From Barthelona sp. PAP020 (Eukaryota): a DNA stretch of 64,000 bases. This document shows positions 1-11,300 of this stretch, piece by piece. The notes under the pieces were generated by a model. That model did not search any database. It was given only the letters and a program-made list of their open reading frames with translations, and was not told the DNA's origin. The stretch is taken from contig JARQWU010000019.1 of assembly GCA_040182905.1 (NCBI GenBank), positions 1 through 64,000 on the forward strand. The letters are read 5' to 3'. The translations under genes and the position numbers were made by a program. Position 1 is the first letter of the stretch; the number at the start of each line of letters is the position of its first letter.

Positions 1-204
1 AAAATTCAAATTGCAAATATTCACCTTATGTCAATGAACGATGTTGACAAATATTCATTGGGTGCAGTTGTTTTGTTTTCAGATTTGGTTGAACTCTTCC
101 TTCTTTAATTCTTACTAAACTATGAGCTATACAATCTATTCGGGAGATTAAGGGGTTATAATATTAAATTAAGGCTATTTTCTCTGTTTATTATGTGGAA
201 TTGG

Positions 205-670
205 TGTTTGTAACATTAAGCATTTATATAGACTTCGATAATTTCTTTTTATTTTTCTTCTTGTACGAACCTTTTCCACAGCTTATCCAAATCAGAGACT
301 GGGAACCTCAATTGATTTATAAATAATAAACCTTAATATTTATTGTTTTCGGGGTCCAGCGTTCCTAAAAGGAACCTCTCTGTTTTGAGACCTACTCTTT
401 CATAGGCTTTCGTAGGAGAGCTACGCCCTATGCAGAGTGTAAAATATTGCATTACTAATTGCTAAAAAGAGCTTAACGCTCCGATATTTTTAAAATTTAT
501 CCTAATTGTGCAAGTTTTCGTACATTCACCGTGGCAGGTCAAAAATTTAGGGGTAGGTTGCGTACCTTGAGGGAAAAAGGAAGAATCAGAAAATTTCGGT
601 TCGCCAAAAATTATAGGTTTGTGAACAATCCTCATTATATTTTTTGAAATTGAATCTTGGAAATAACAAA
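205..670 (+). repeat. Dispersed non-coding repeat, copy A (longest); boundaries approximate
   Basis: 371-617 aligns with the reverse complement of 18907-19159. The ungapped core 417-557 has 25 mismatches in 141 nt, and the 22-mer CATTCACCGTGGCAGGTCAAAA (523-544) is identical. 272-323 and 354-417 align with 31952-32000 and 32042-32104. Confidence 0.8.
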
Positions 671-729
671 TCGGATAATGAAGCAAAAAAAAAATAACAG
701 TTTGGCCAAATACATGACAAATACACTGT

Positions 730-1716
730 TTATTCACAAATCTTGACAACCAATTTTCCACGAACATGGCCTTGTTTAATTTTTTTCAGACCATCAGGAA
801 CATCTTCCAATGAATGTAGCTCTTCAAAAGTACTTTGAACCTTACCCTCTACAACTAATTCCATTAATTCGCTTGCCATAACACTCAAATCCCTCAAGAA
901 TAAATTATTTCCACCACCATACGCAGAACCAAGGGCAATGGCGTGATGAGTTAAAGCACGAGCAAATACGTTAATAGTTGACATATCAGGATTACCTGTT
1001 AACGTAGCAATACGACCAGCATATCCAAGACAATTCAATCTATTTGTAGCATTGTCACCTGAAATACATTCTAACATGCAGTCAACACCCCTATTATTCG
1101 TTAATCGATTAACCTCGTCATTTACATCAAATTTGCGATAGTCAATCACAAAATCAACTCCCAAATTTTTACAATATTCAATATTTTGAGAAGAAGCTGT
1201 TCCAATAACAGTAGCTCCACATAATTTAGCAAGTTGCACGGCAAACCCACCAACACCACCAGCTGCAGCTTCTATCAAAATGGTTTCATCTTTTTTGACC
1301 TGTAACCTTCTAAAAATTGATTGATATGCAGTAAGTCCAGCACAAAGTAAAGATGCAGCAGCAGAAAAAGAAAGTGAATCAGGAATTTTAGCCACAACAA
1401 TAGCAGGAACAGCAATATACTCTGCAAATCCTCCGTTTCGATCTAAATTATGATGAAAACATACTCTATCACCTTTTTTGAAATCATATACAACATTAGA
1501 ACCAATATTTTCAATGGTACCAGCGACATCTAAACCCAAAATGAAACCTGGGGGTGTTATTTCTGTTTTTCCTTTGGCAACTTTCCAATCAACTGGATTT
1601 AAACCACAAGAATGAACTTTAATCAATAATTCATCATTTTGAATGATTGGCAATTCAACAGTTTCGACAGTCATTGTATCTAAACCATCTGCTTCATGTA
1701 AAAGAAGAGCTTGCAT
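730..1716 (-). CDS. Medium-chain dehydrogenase/reductase, quinone oxidoreductase-like (ADH_N + ADH_zinc_N), 328 aa
   Basis: Motifs GLNPVDWK, GLDVAG, GGFAEY, CAGLTAYQ, nucleotide-binding AAAGGVG and C-terminal GHVRGKLVV. No four-Cys structural zinc cluster. Intact ORF. Confidence 0.92.
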   Translation of the reverse strand: MQALLLHEADGLDTMTVETVELPIIQNDELLIKVHSCGLNPVDWKVAKGKTEITPPGFILGLDVAGTIENIGSNVVYDFKKGDRVCFHHNLDRNGGFAEYIAVPAIVVAKIPDSLSFSAAASLLCAGLTAYQSIFRRLQVKKDETILIEAAAGGVGGFAVQLAKLCGATVIGTASSQNIEYCKNLGVDFVIDYRKFDVNDEVNRLTNNRGVDCMLECISGDNATNRLNCLGYAGRIATLTGNPDMSTINVFARALTHHAIALGSAYGGGNNLFLRDLSVMASELMELVVEGKVQSTFEELHSLEDVPDGLKKIKQGHVRGKLVVKICE

Positions 1717-1755
1717 AAAAATAATTCAAAAAAATAAATAAATTTTCAATAATCC

Positions 1756-1780
1756 TTTGATTGATTGAGTATCAATCAAA
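1756..1780. promoter_or_regulatory. Perfect 10-bp inverted repeat about 40 bp upstream of the MDR start codon
   Basis: TTTGATTGAT-TGAGT-ATCAATCAAA. The palindrome is certain; a regulatory role is inferred. Confidence 0.35.
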
Positions 1781-1871
1781 CAAAATTATAAATTGAAATA
1801 CAAATACAAAAAATTTACAGAGTTATACCTTTAATTCAAAAAAAAATCTCATAAAAAACACATTTTACAAT

Positions 1872-4800
1872 TTACATACTGTTAGGAAAACTGTTTTCAT
1901 CAGATAAAACTTGATTTTGAACAATGTTATCAATATTATCCAAATTATTTATTGAAATCAAAGGTGTGTCAAGAGAAGAATTATCCATATCTAAATTTTT
2001 TGGAAATTCCTTAACAACTTCATCATCTTCAATCAATAAATGACTTTCAATCTCTTCTTCCTTTAAATGAATCCATGCTTTATATTCTTTGGAAATTCTT
2101 AAGATTTCTTCATTTGGAAGCATTTTCATTTCATCATCGGACAAATAGATTGCTTGTGTTCTTAAATATTTCTGTAAATCATTTAAACTAACATTCTTAA
2201 GATCAAAAGCCCTAATAAATTCAGACAAATATTGTTTACTAACCTCTCGTTTATCCTTTAAATATTCCATTAAACTAGTTTTAAATGTTGAATAATCAAC
2301 AATATCAATGTCAACAGACTTATTTGAAGAAAATTCAACTGAATTACAAAAGAAAATTTCAACTTCCAAGAAATTCACAAAATTAGTCAATAGCAATTTT
2401 AAAAGACAAGCCAAAAACATTCCAATGACAATTAAGAATAATACTAACGTGTAATTAAAATGAGGTTTAAACTTTTCAAACACAAAGAAAATAATTATCC
2501 AAAAAATCAACAGAATGAATCCAATTATGAATGCTAATACATGATAATTGTTCAATTCAGCCGTTTTTGTATGTTTGCTATATATAAATGAAGGCAATAT
2601 TCTGTTGTTGAAAAAATAATTGCTTGATTGGAAAATTGGAACTCCATTGAGTCCAAACCAAAATGTTATCAGCACAATGGTGAAAAAAATCAAAGAAATA
2701 CCCCAAAAAACACCTTGGCCTTGAATAGCTATCAAAACCCCAATGATTATCATGGAAATCAAAATGACTATAGCTAAAATACTTTGTTGAATGGAAAAAT
2801 CCTTTATATGTGTTGTCTTTAAAGGATTGAAAGCCCCAAATATATATTTTAATATTGTATATGCTGTAAGATAAAAAACAATGGTTGTAAGTACACTAGC
2901 AACAATAAATAATACATTTTGATTGATAGTAACAAAGACAACTCCAATTAAGGTGCCAATTATCGCAACAACATAAACAATGATTGTCCAGAGTACAAAT
3001 TTACGATGAGCAATTGAATGAATGATTGCTACAATCAATAAATTACATATCAACAATGATAATAACCCAACATGAATCAAAACACTTCCAAATACAATAA
3101 TCACAAAATTACAACTAATCAATACATAAAACCAAACAGCATATTTCTTTAAATTGCTATAAATGTTCAAAAAACTCCAATTAAAAACAAATAATAACAT
3201 GCCAATCAAATATCCTTTCCAGATAATATCTTGAATAATAAAGACTTTCAACAAAATGGTAACAACTATTATCAATACAAAACACACAATGATACATGTT
3301 AAAACAAAAGTTTTAAAAGTTTTAGAGATAAAATCAAAATTCAAAATTTCATTTTCCCCTGCTTCATTTGAATCTGTTTCTTTATTTTGTTTTTTTCCAT
3401 TAATTTGGGTTAAATCAATAATCAACGAGAATTTCTGTAATTTTACCAATTTCAAGAAAAACAATACACAAAAAACACAGATTCCAACAGATGGTAAACA
3501 AACAAGTATAATGAAGGATTTTGTTATCAAATATAATATTAAAGTGTTAACAACAATGATTACAAACCAAATCAAAGTATATCGAATGACAGATCTTTTG
3601 TACACATCGATAAATGACACAATATCTTCAATTACAAGTTCATCGACAATATTTTGTTCCTTATTGCCTTTATCATCTTCATCATCAACTTGAATAAACC
3701 GGTCCAATAGTTCAATGATAACGGTAGGAATATCCAAAACCTTGATTAAGGCATGAACACCAAAACCAACAACAAAAGTCATTGAGAAAGCAAATACAGC
3801 AAACACCCATTCCTCATGTTGATTATCTAACATCATAATGCTGGATATGCCAATATCTTTGCCCTTTACAACACCAATCAAAAAGAAAATGCAATATAAT
3901 AGAACAATCAGGGTCATGATATGAATAGTAGGGTTAACCTTGATATTGAAACCAAGATTCAAAATTGGAGATGTGGAGCGTTTTATTTTCAAATCTAATA
4001 AGTCATCAACAATCTTTTCGACATCTTTTTTGGTATCTTGTTTGTGTTTATCTTTGGCGGGATCTTGTTCCTTGTTTTTTGAAGCTAGATCATATGCATA
4101 AGATTTATATACAGTGTTAAAATAGCAAAAGACTATCAAAACAATGAAGATCGCTGTTATACCAAGGAACCAAAATTGTATCGAAACTAAAGCTAACAAT
4201 AGTCTAAAACCAAAAAAGAAACAAAACAATAAGAATGGATTTCTCTTCAAAAAACTCGTAGGAATGAGTAATATCGTTAAATCTGCTACAATTAAGGATA
4301 ATTCAATGAATATTCCAGTATAATTAGCTGGATTGATAAAAATTGGATAGATACCGGTACAAAGCAAAATAAATAAATTTAAAATATAGAATAAATATTT
4401 AAATTTGCGAAAAAATTCTTGTGTGAATAATATCCCTTCTTTTCCAGAATAATTTTGGTTAATTATCTCTCCAAAAACACCTAAAACAAAAAAAAACATT
4501 AAGATAATAGACAATGTATGAGAAAAAAATACTACATATGAATAATCAATGCTAGTTCTTAAAAAAATAGAAATATATATTATAAAGAAAAGAATTAAAG
4601 ATATGACAATAAATAGTAAATAACTAATGCTAAATTTACCATATTGACGATAATTTATTATTAGAAAACTCATAACAATAGGAATTAAAATTAAAGATAA
4701 AAAAAATTCTTTAGAAACTTCATATGAATAAAAGAATGCACAGATAATAGTTCCAATCATAAATATCCACTTTAAAATTGGTATTATGACCCAATATTTG

Positions 4801-4901
4801 ATTAATCCTTCCAAATTTCCAAATTTTCCTCTAGAAATGTATATCATACTACAATATCCTAATAGTAATACAATATAAGGTAATAATAATAAATCATTCA
4901 T
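1872..4901 (-). CDS. Polytopic membrane protein (about 20 TM segments), 1009 aa, function unknown
   Basis: Long ORF of many hydrophobic I/L/F/V helices separated by short charged loops, with a soluble acidic C-terminal tail of about 170 aa. Confidence 0.85.
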   Translation of the reverse strand: MNDLLLLPYIVLLLGYCSMIYISRGKFGNLEGLIKYWVIIPILKWIFMIGTIICAFFYSYEVSKEFFLSLILIPIVMSFLIINYRQYGKFSISYLLFIVISLILFFIIYISIFLRTSIDYSYVVFFSHTLSIILMFFFVLGVFGEIINQNYSGKEGILFTQEFFRKFKYLFYILNLFILLCTGIYPIFINPANYTGIFIELSLIVADLTILLIPTSFLKRNPFLLFCFFFGFRLLLALVSIQFWFLGITAIFIVLIVFCYFNTVYKSYAYDLASKNKEQDPAKDKHKQDTKKDVEKIVDDLLDLKIKRSTSPILNLGFNIKVNPTIHIMTLIVLLYCIFFLIGVVKGKDIGISSIMMLDNQHEEWVFAVFAFSMTFVVGFGVHALIKVLDIPTVIIELLDRFIQVDDEDDKGNKEQNIVDELVIEDIVSFIDVYKRSVIRYTLIWFVIIVVNTLILYLITKSFIILVCLPSVGICVFCVLFFLKLVKLQKFSLIIDLTQINGKKQNKETDSNEAGENEILNFDFISKTFKTFVLTCIIVCFVLIIVVTILLKVFIIQDIIWKGYLIGMLLFVFNWSFLNIYSNLKKYAVWFYVLISCNFVIIVFGSVLIHVGLLSLLICNLLIVAIIHSIAHRKFVLWTIIVYVVAIIGTLIGVVFVTINQNVLFIVASVLTTIVFYLTAYTILKYIFGAFNPLKTTHIKDFSIQQSILAIVILISMIIIGVLIAIQGQGVFWGISLIFFTIVLITFWFGLNGVPIFQSSNYFFNNRILPSFIYSKHTKTAELNNYHVLAFIIGFILLIFWIIIFFVFEKFKPHFNYTLVLFLIVIGMFLACLLKLLLTNFVNFLEVEIFFCNSVEFSSNKSVDIDIVDYSTFKTSLMEYLKDKREVSKQYLSEFIRAFDLKNVSLNDLQKYLRTQAIYLSDDEMKMLPNEEILRISKEYKAWIHLKEEEIESHLLIEDDEVVKEFPKNLDMDNSSLDTPLISINNLDNIDNIVQNQVLSDENSFPNSM

Positions 4902-5318
4902 ATTGGTACAATAATATTAGAAAAAAAGAAAATGATTCATTGGACGACCATAAATTGTTTTCCATTATTTATGACATTTTGGGTAATGTATTCAGCTTTA
5001 TAAAGTTTTAAAAGAAACAACTCAAACAAACAAAGATAGAGTTTCACTTTTTATTTTGAACAATTCTTTATTATGTTCACCTTCATCTTGTTTCTCATCT
5101 TCTGAAAAGAATGGCAATTATAAATTTAAAACAATTTACATTACAATTTAACAAAATAGAAAATAACAAATAAATAACTTAAAATTTATTCATAACCGAA
5201 AGCAATAAACACAAATTAAATTTGAACACTTATCAAATAAGTTGTTTTTATTGCTTTTATATATGTATTTGTGTAATTGACTATTTTTATTTTATTTTTT
5301 CGCTTAATGTCATCGTGT

Positions 5319-8300
5319 CTAACTATTCATCAATAATTGAAGACATTCACGAATCGAATCACATAAAACATCAGGCAATCGATCAACGTCATTCAAAATG
5401 GTGTATTGTTCGAAAGGTATGGTATCAACATATAAGCTCTTCTGCATTTTGATAATCTTTCCAGTTGAATCCTTGACTGGCACATACTTTTGTGTTTTCA
5501 TTAGCTTATCATCTTTATCAATGATTAAAAACACAATAATAACATTGTTCTTTTTCAAATGATTCAAAGGATTTATTAAAACGTCTCTATTCGGTATCTT
5601 TCCATCAGAAACAATGAATAACAGCTGATGACATAAAATAGATGCATCAACTTGACTTGAATCTGTGTTTGCAAATTCATTTATGGCCAAATCTAATAGA
5701 TTGTTGAAATCAGTGCGTTCAGCATCAAAAGTGAAATTTTCTAAAACATTCAACAAACTCTCATCCCCCATGGGAATATCCATTGGATGAATCATTTCAG
5801 CACTTTCTCCAAAACTAACTACACCAAAAGATCCAATTTCCAATTGTGAAAACGCTTTTCCAATGGCAGCAGTCGATTCTATCGCTTTATATTGAGCATT
5901 CATGTCGGACATCGATCTTGAATTATCTAACGCCAAAAGAACTTGATATTCCAATTTGTCTGGTTGCTTTCTGCGCAACCAAATGGCATCTTTTCGATAA
6001 TTAGATGCGATATAAGGAATCAACTTCTTCAAGTTCAATCTTTTACCACTTTTATATCCTCCCGATAATCTAGCAGCTCTTGTTGGAGTCAAAACAATCT
6101 TCAATTGTTCAACCAAATTATTGGCCAAGATAGATGCAGAATTTATCAATTCTGGTATCCTTAAATCTTCAATTTCATTTTCAATGACTTCAACTTCATC
6201 AACATCCATTTCATCTTGTGGCATACCAACTTTACCCACCAAATCTTTTTCAGACTTATTGTTTTCTTCAGTTTCATTGGACTTTTTCTTTTCGTCCTCA
6301 AAAATGTCAGCAGCATTGTCCATCGCCTCAGAATCATCAATTGCTTCCGCGCGAGCTCCCTTGGTATCATCAGTTCCAGTGTCATCAAGACCATACTCAT
6401 CTGCATCATCATCTGCCTCACCATCAACAGCCTCAACAATCTCAGCAGAATCGACAGCCTCTCCCATAGCTGCTTGACCAGGTGCACTGTTAGCTTCTGA
6501 GTTATCCACTTGTCCCAAGTCATCTCCATCACCAGCACCATTATCTTGACCTGCTTCATTTTGAGTGTCAGCATTCAACTCATCATGTTGCTCTTCCTCT
6601 GTTACACCATCATCCTGATCTTGCATATTTTCTTCTTCTTCTTCTTCTTCTTGTTCAAGATTTCCTTCCTCGTTTTCTCCATCATTTTGAACCTCCTCTG
6701 TTTCGTCCTCATTGTCGTCCAAATTTTGATCATCTTCAACATCTTGTTCTTCGAATTGTTGATCTTCAAAATTCTCATCTTGTTGTTCTTCATTTGAATC
6801 TTCTGTTTCTGCTTCAGCCTCAGGAACTCTTTCCTCATCAATATCTTCGCGTTCAGCATCGCTCATATCACTAATATCATCATTAGCATCGAATTCCGCT
6901 TCTTTGGTGTCTCCAGCTTCATCTAATTCATCATCCGCAGCTTCCAATTGATCAACACCCATTTCTTGATGTTCGTTTTCTTGTGCATCAACGTCTTGCT
7001 CTCCATCTAACATGTCTTCGTTCATTAATTGCTCTTCTTTTCCATTATGATCAAGCTTGTCATCAAAGTCATCGAAGTCTTCTTCAACATCACTTAAATC
7101 ACTGTTAAATTCGTTCATGTCTTCTTCTACGTCTTCAACAATAGCATTCTTGTCATCGTTAAAGTCATTTCGATCATTCTCTTTATCATCTTCATCCATC
7201 ATTTCTGGTGCTTCATCACCTTTAAGTTCCTCGAAATCACGTTCTTCATCAAGATCTTCATTATTGGTTTCCGTGTTATTTGTATCAGCGTTTGATAATC
7301 CTTCACCTTTAACTTCTTGTTCATTTTCAATTTCTTCAACTTCTTCTTCTTTTTCACCAAAACCTTCTTTTAACAGATAGAAGGTCAAATCGATGAAATA
7401 ATTAGTTAAATCGGAGAAATTGCTGGTATAACTCTCTAAATATTTTTCACAACCCATTAACTCATTGACAATCCCAACAATTTCTTTGGAATCAACTCTT
7501 CCTTCATTAACATCATTCAAATAGAATCTGTAATCATTTGAAAACTTTGACAAACGTTTGAAATATTGAGTTAACTTTTCAATATGAATGTATATGTCTG
7601 AATTTGAATTCAATGTGTTTTCTTCTTCTTCTTCTTCTTCTTCTTCTTCTTGTGTCAACTTGTCATTAAGTAAACGAGTATGATACTTTACACCCTTAAT
7701 GTCATGATAATACTCATCAACTGAAGGTATAATTCTTTGATCAGAAGTCATCATTGAATTTTCTTTTAAAAGGTCAAATTCTTTGTCAATGCAAGTATCA
7801 ATAATATCAGAGAAGATAATTCTATCGTCAGCAAATCGCTCAAACTTTGCTCTTTGAATTTCATAATTATTGACCAGTTCATCAACTTCAGCATCAGTTA
7901 CCAACTTTAAATGTAAACGTTCTTCAAGATCAAAAAGTAATTTAACACTTCGAATCATTCCATTAACAGCTGCTTGACCTTCAGAATCATCCTTTCGCAA
8001 AAGGTTTTTGTATGTGTTCAAAATTTGATCTAATCCTATCAATTGCCCCTTATTCAACCTAAATCTACTGGGTTCTATGATTGATTTTGAGTCTGAAGCA
8101 AACTTTTGAATCCGTAAACGATTGTATCTAATCAAACCCATAGAACTAATTAAGGATAATGAAAGTTTCATCAATAATCCAGAAACTTTAACTAAAAATC
8201 GTTTGTAGGACTCATTAATCGTCTTATGACAATGCTCTGATTGCTTAATTAATGTGTCAATTACATTTATTGAATGAAGAATTTTACTTGATGATTGATG

Positions 8301-11300
8301 ACCAGGAAGATAGTACTTCGTTAAAATACCAGTTTTGCTAACCATGATTTTATCCTTCAAACCCTTAAACCCATAACTTTTGAAACTATCAACCATTGTT
8401 TTCAAGACTTTGGTTTTTATTGCTCTATTTATCTTTTCATCTTTAAATACTGTGGTGACATCATTTAAAATGCTGAACAATATGGTAAACATGGTATTGT
8501 TTTCATTACAAGAATCAAACAATGGAACGGTTAAGGTTTGTATGCTTTCAAAACTGGTAATCATCTCTTCATATAGAGTATTGACAGGTTGATTACATAT
8601 TTCAAAATAGCTGTGATTTATTTGCATCAGATCTGTTCTAAACTTTTCTGTTGTTTGTCTAAAAGCATGATAAGTTGAAAATTTTCCAAAACCAGTATAC
8701 TCTGCATCCTCATCTTCATCATCTTTTTCCATTTCTTCTTTCATCCCAGATTTTTTCTTAAAACTTGCTAATGCAATCAATTTTCCCATTTTTGTGTCAA
8801 TGTCTTCATTCTTAATCAATTCCTTCAATTTATCTTCAACAATCGTTTCAAAACTACTGAAGTATCTGATAAACGATAATAAACCTTGATTATAAGCTTC
8901 ATGTTTGGTATTTTGTTTAATAAATTGCTGTATAATTTTAATCATACTTAATCTCACCTTGAAATCTGCAAGTTTACCTTCTAATAAATATCTTTTCAAT
9001 TGCTTCAAGACACATTTGATACCTTCTTGATCCATTACTTCATCAGATACCAAAGGCTCCAAAACACTAATCATAAGCATATGTATTCCATTAATCAACG
9101 CTTCATCACATATTTGTGAACGTGTACGATGCAAAACTTGAGGATACCTGTTCAGTTCAATCTTTCTCCAACTGAGAATCAATAAACTCAATTCCTCTTG
9201 ACTTTTCAAAAATTTATACATTTTTGGCTTGACACTGTTCCATTCTTCAATTAAACCAATCAATGACTCAACAACAGATGCCAAATTCATTAAACTAAGT
9301 GACAGTTCCATATTTAATATCTTATTGACTGCATGTTTGAGATTTAACAGGTTGAAATCCTCATGGAACAATGAATCATTCAAAAAGATTTCTATTTGGT
9401 CCAATAAAGCATCTAAAACACCAATAAGCTTCTTTGTTTCACTCAAAATGCTAACTTCATAAATGTTTACCATGTCTGTGATATCTTGATTCATTATTTG
9501 TTTTATGTCGATGGAATGTTTGTTGATAAGCAACAACACTTGTGATAAGATATTTTTGTTGGTTAAAAATTTTTGAATATTGTTGAATTCTTTGTGAATT
9601 TCATCATCAACGTATACTTTAACAATAGGCAGTTCTATTCCAGCAGTTTCACATAAGATTGATCCCCATAAACGCAAGAAATCTCTTGACAATAATTTTG
9701 AATCATCGTTTCCCTTAAAAATTTCCATTTTTATCTCCTGAACTTCTTCAACAACTTTAAATGTATCTTCAAAGTTTTCTTCATTAGCAAATTCCTTAAA
9801 CATTTCAAATTGATACTTCCCTACCATATCATTAAATGCTCCATCTTTTAATTCAGCTCTTTGATTTAAGTTATCATCCTTGATGGTAAAAGCCCTGCCT
9901 TCCATTGCTTCCTTTATTTCATTTTCCTCATATGCTCGCATATAACGAATACCAATACCTGTTATCACATTCAAAAAATATGGGTCTTCAAATCTCTGTT
10001 GATGTTTACTAAACAAAGCCAATAGACCATATAACTCACGTGAATTAACAACATAAGCATCATTCTCATCTTTTAAATTAATTAAAGAAGGAATTTCATC
10101 ACAACTAAGACTTATTTTGCCATCTTTTACCTCTGATTGTTCTTGTAAACTTAACAAACATAATAATAAAACAATCACTGGTGTGGTTAATGATATCAAC
10201 AAATCTATTCTATCTTTCAACTTTTCATCAGAGTTTACAGACTTCAAAAACTTCTCCAGAGCTCCTATCGCTATGTTGATCATATTAGCATTTTGTTTAA
10301 ATTGGACCAATGAATCTGGTCTAAACAATGAAGAATTTATCAACCGATTCAAACTAGCTAAATGAGATTTCAATAGATTGGCACCAATGATATCTATTTC
10401 ATCAGCAATCTCAATAAATCTTGGAGATACATTGTGATAATCAAAATAATCTCCTCCAAAATAATGTTCATAAAAACCTTCAAATATTTGAATGTTTTTG
10501 ATCATCAATTCCTTTTGTTTATCTAAAATTTTCATTGTTTTAACAATGTATTGAGGATCATCTGGCCAAGTAGAAATCTTATTCAATATACCGACACCAG
10601 ACCAATAACAATAAAAGATAGAATCTTCGACATTATCAAAATCAACATGATTCAACATGTTTTGATATATACCAAGATCATAATTTTCAATTTTCATCAA
10701 AATAAAGACATTTTTAAGTTGATTCATTAGACTATCAATAGTTAAAGGTGTAGAAAGCAAATAAGGGTGTAGGTTTGTAATAATACTTTCAATGGTCAAC
10801 AAATCTTCTATTTTTAAATGATTAAACTTTTGGTGTATGTCAATCAAAGTATTTCTTATGTTCCAATTTGATATTTCTGTTTCTATTTCTGCTTTTGGTA
10901 AAGAAGGATATAATGGACTATTGATTTGACAAAAAATAATGCCTAATTTGGATAAGATGATGGGGTTTAATTTGTTTTTAGCGAAGTTGTATATTTCTAC
11001 GATGGTGACCAGTTGATTGATGGAAATATGCTTGAAATCATATATCAAATCTTGCTTTGAATCATCATTAAAATCTGTAAGTTCAAAATAAAATTCAGTA
11101 CCTAAATTTAATTTAGCTAATTCAGTTGCTCGATAATCACAAATCTCAGGTAATAAATGTTTAGCTAAATTAGTTAAAGTTGGATAATATAATCTCCAAA
11201 ATATTGTCCATTGTTTACGATTTTGTAAAAGTTTCTTAAATAATTCAATAAATCGTATAAATGCTACAATATTATCAGAATATTGTATATATTGAGTTAG

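Noticed and set aside
462..767. 101-aa minus-strand ORF
   Set aside because: It overlaps the MDR 3' end and lies within repeat copy A. The homologous frame in copy B is broken by indels and a stop.
4902..5117. Possible stop-codon reassignment suggested by in-frame stops upstream of the membrane protein
   Set aside because: Both TAA and TGA occur in that stretch, all three stops terminate well-supported genes, and over 45 kb of CDS contain no internal stop.
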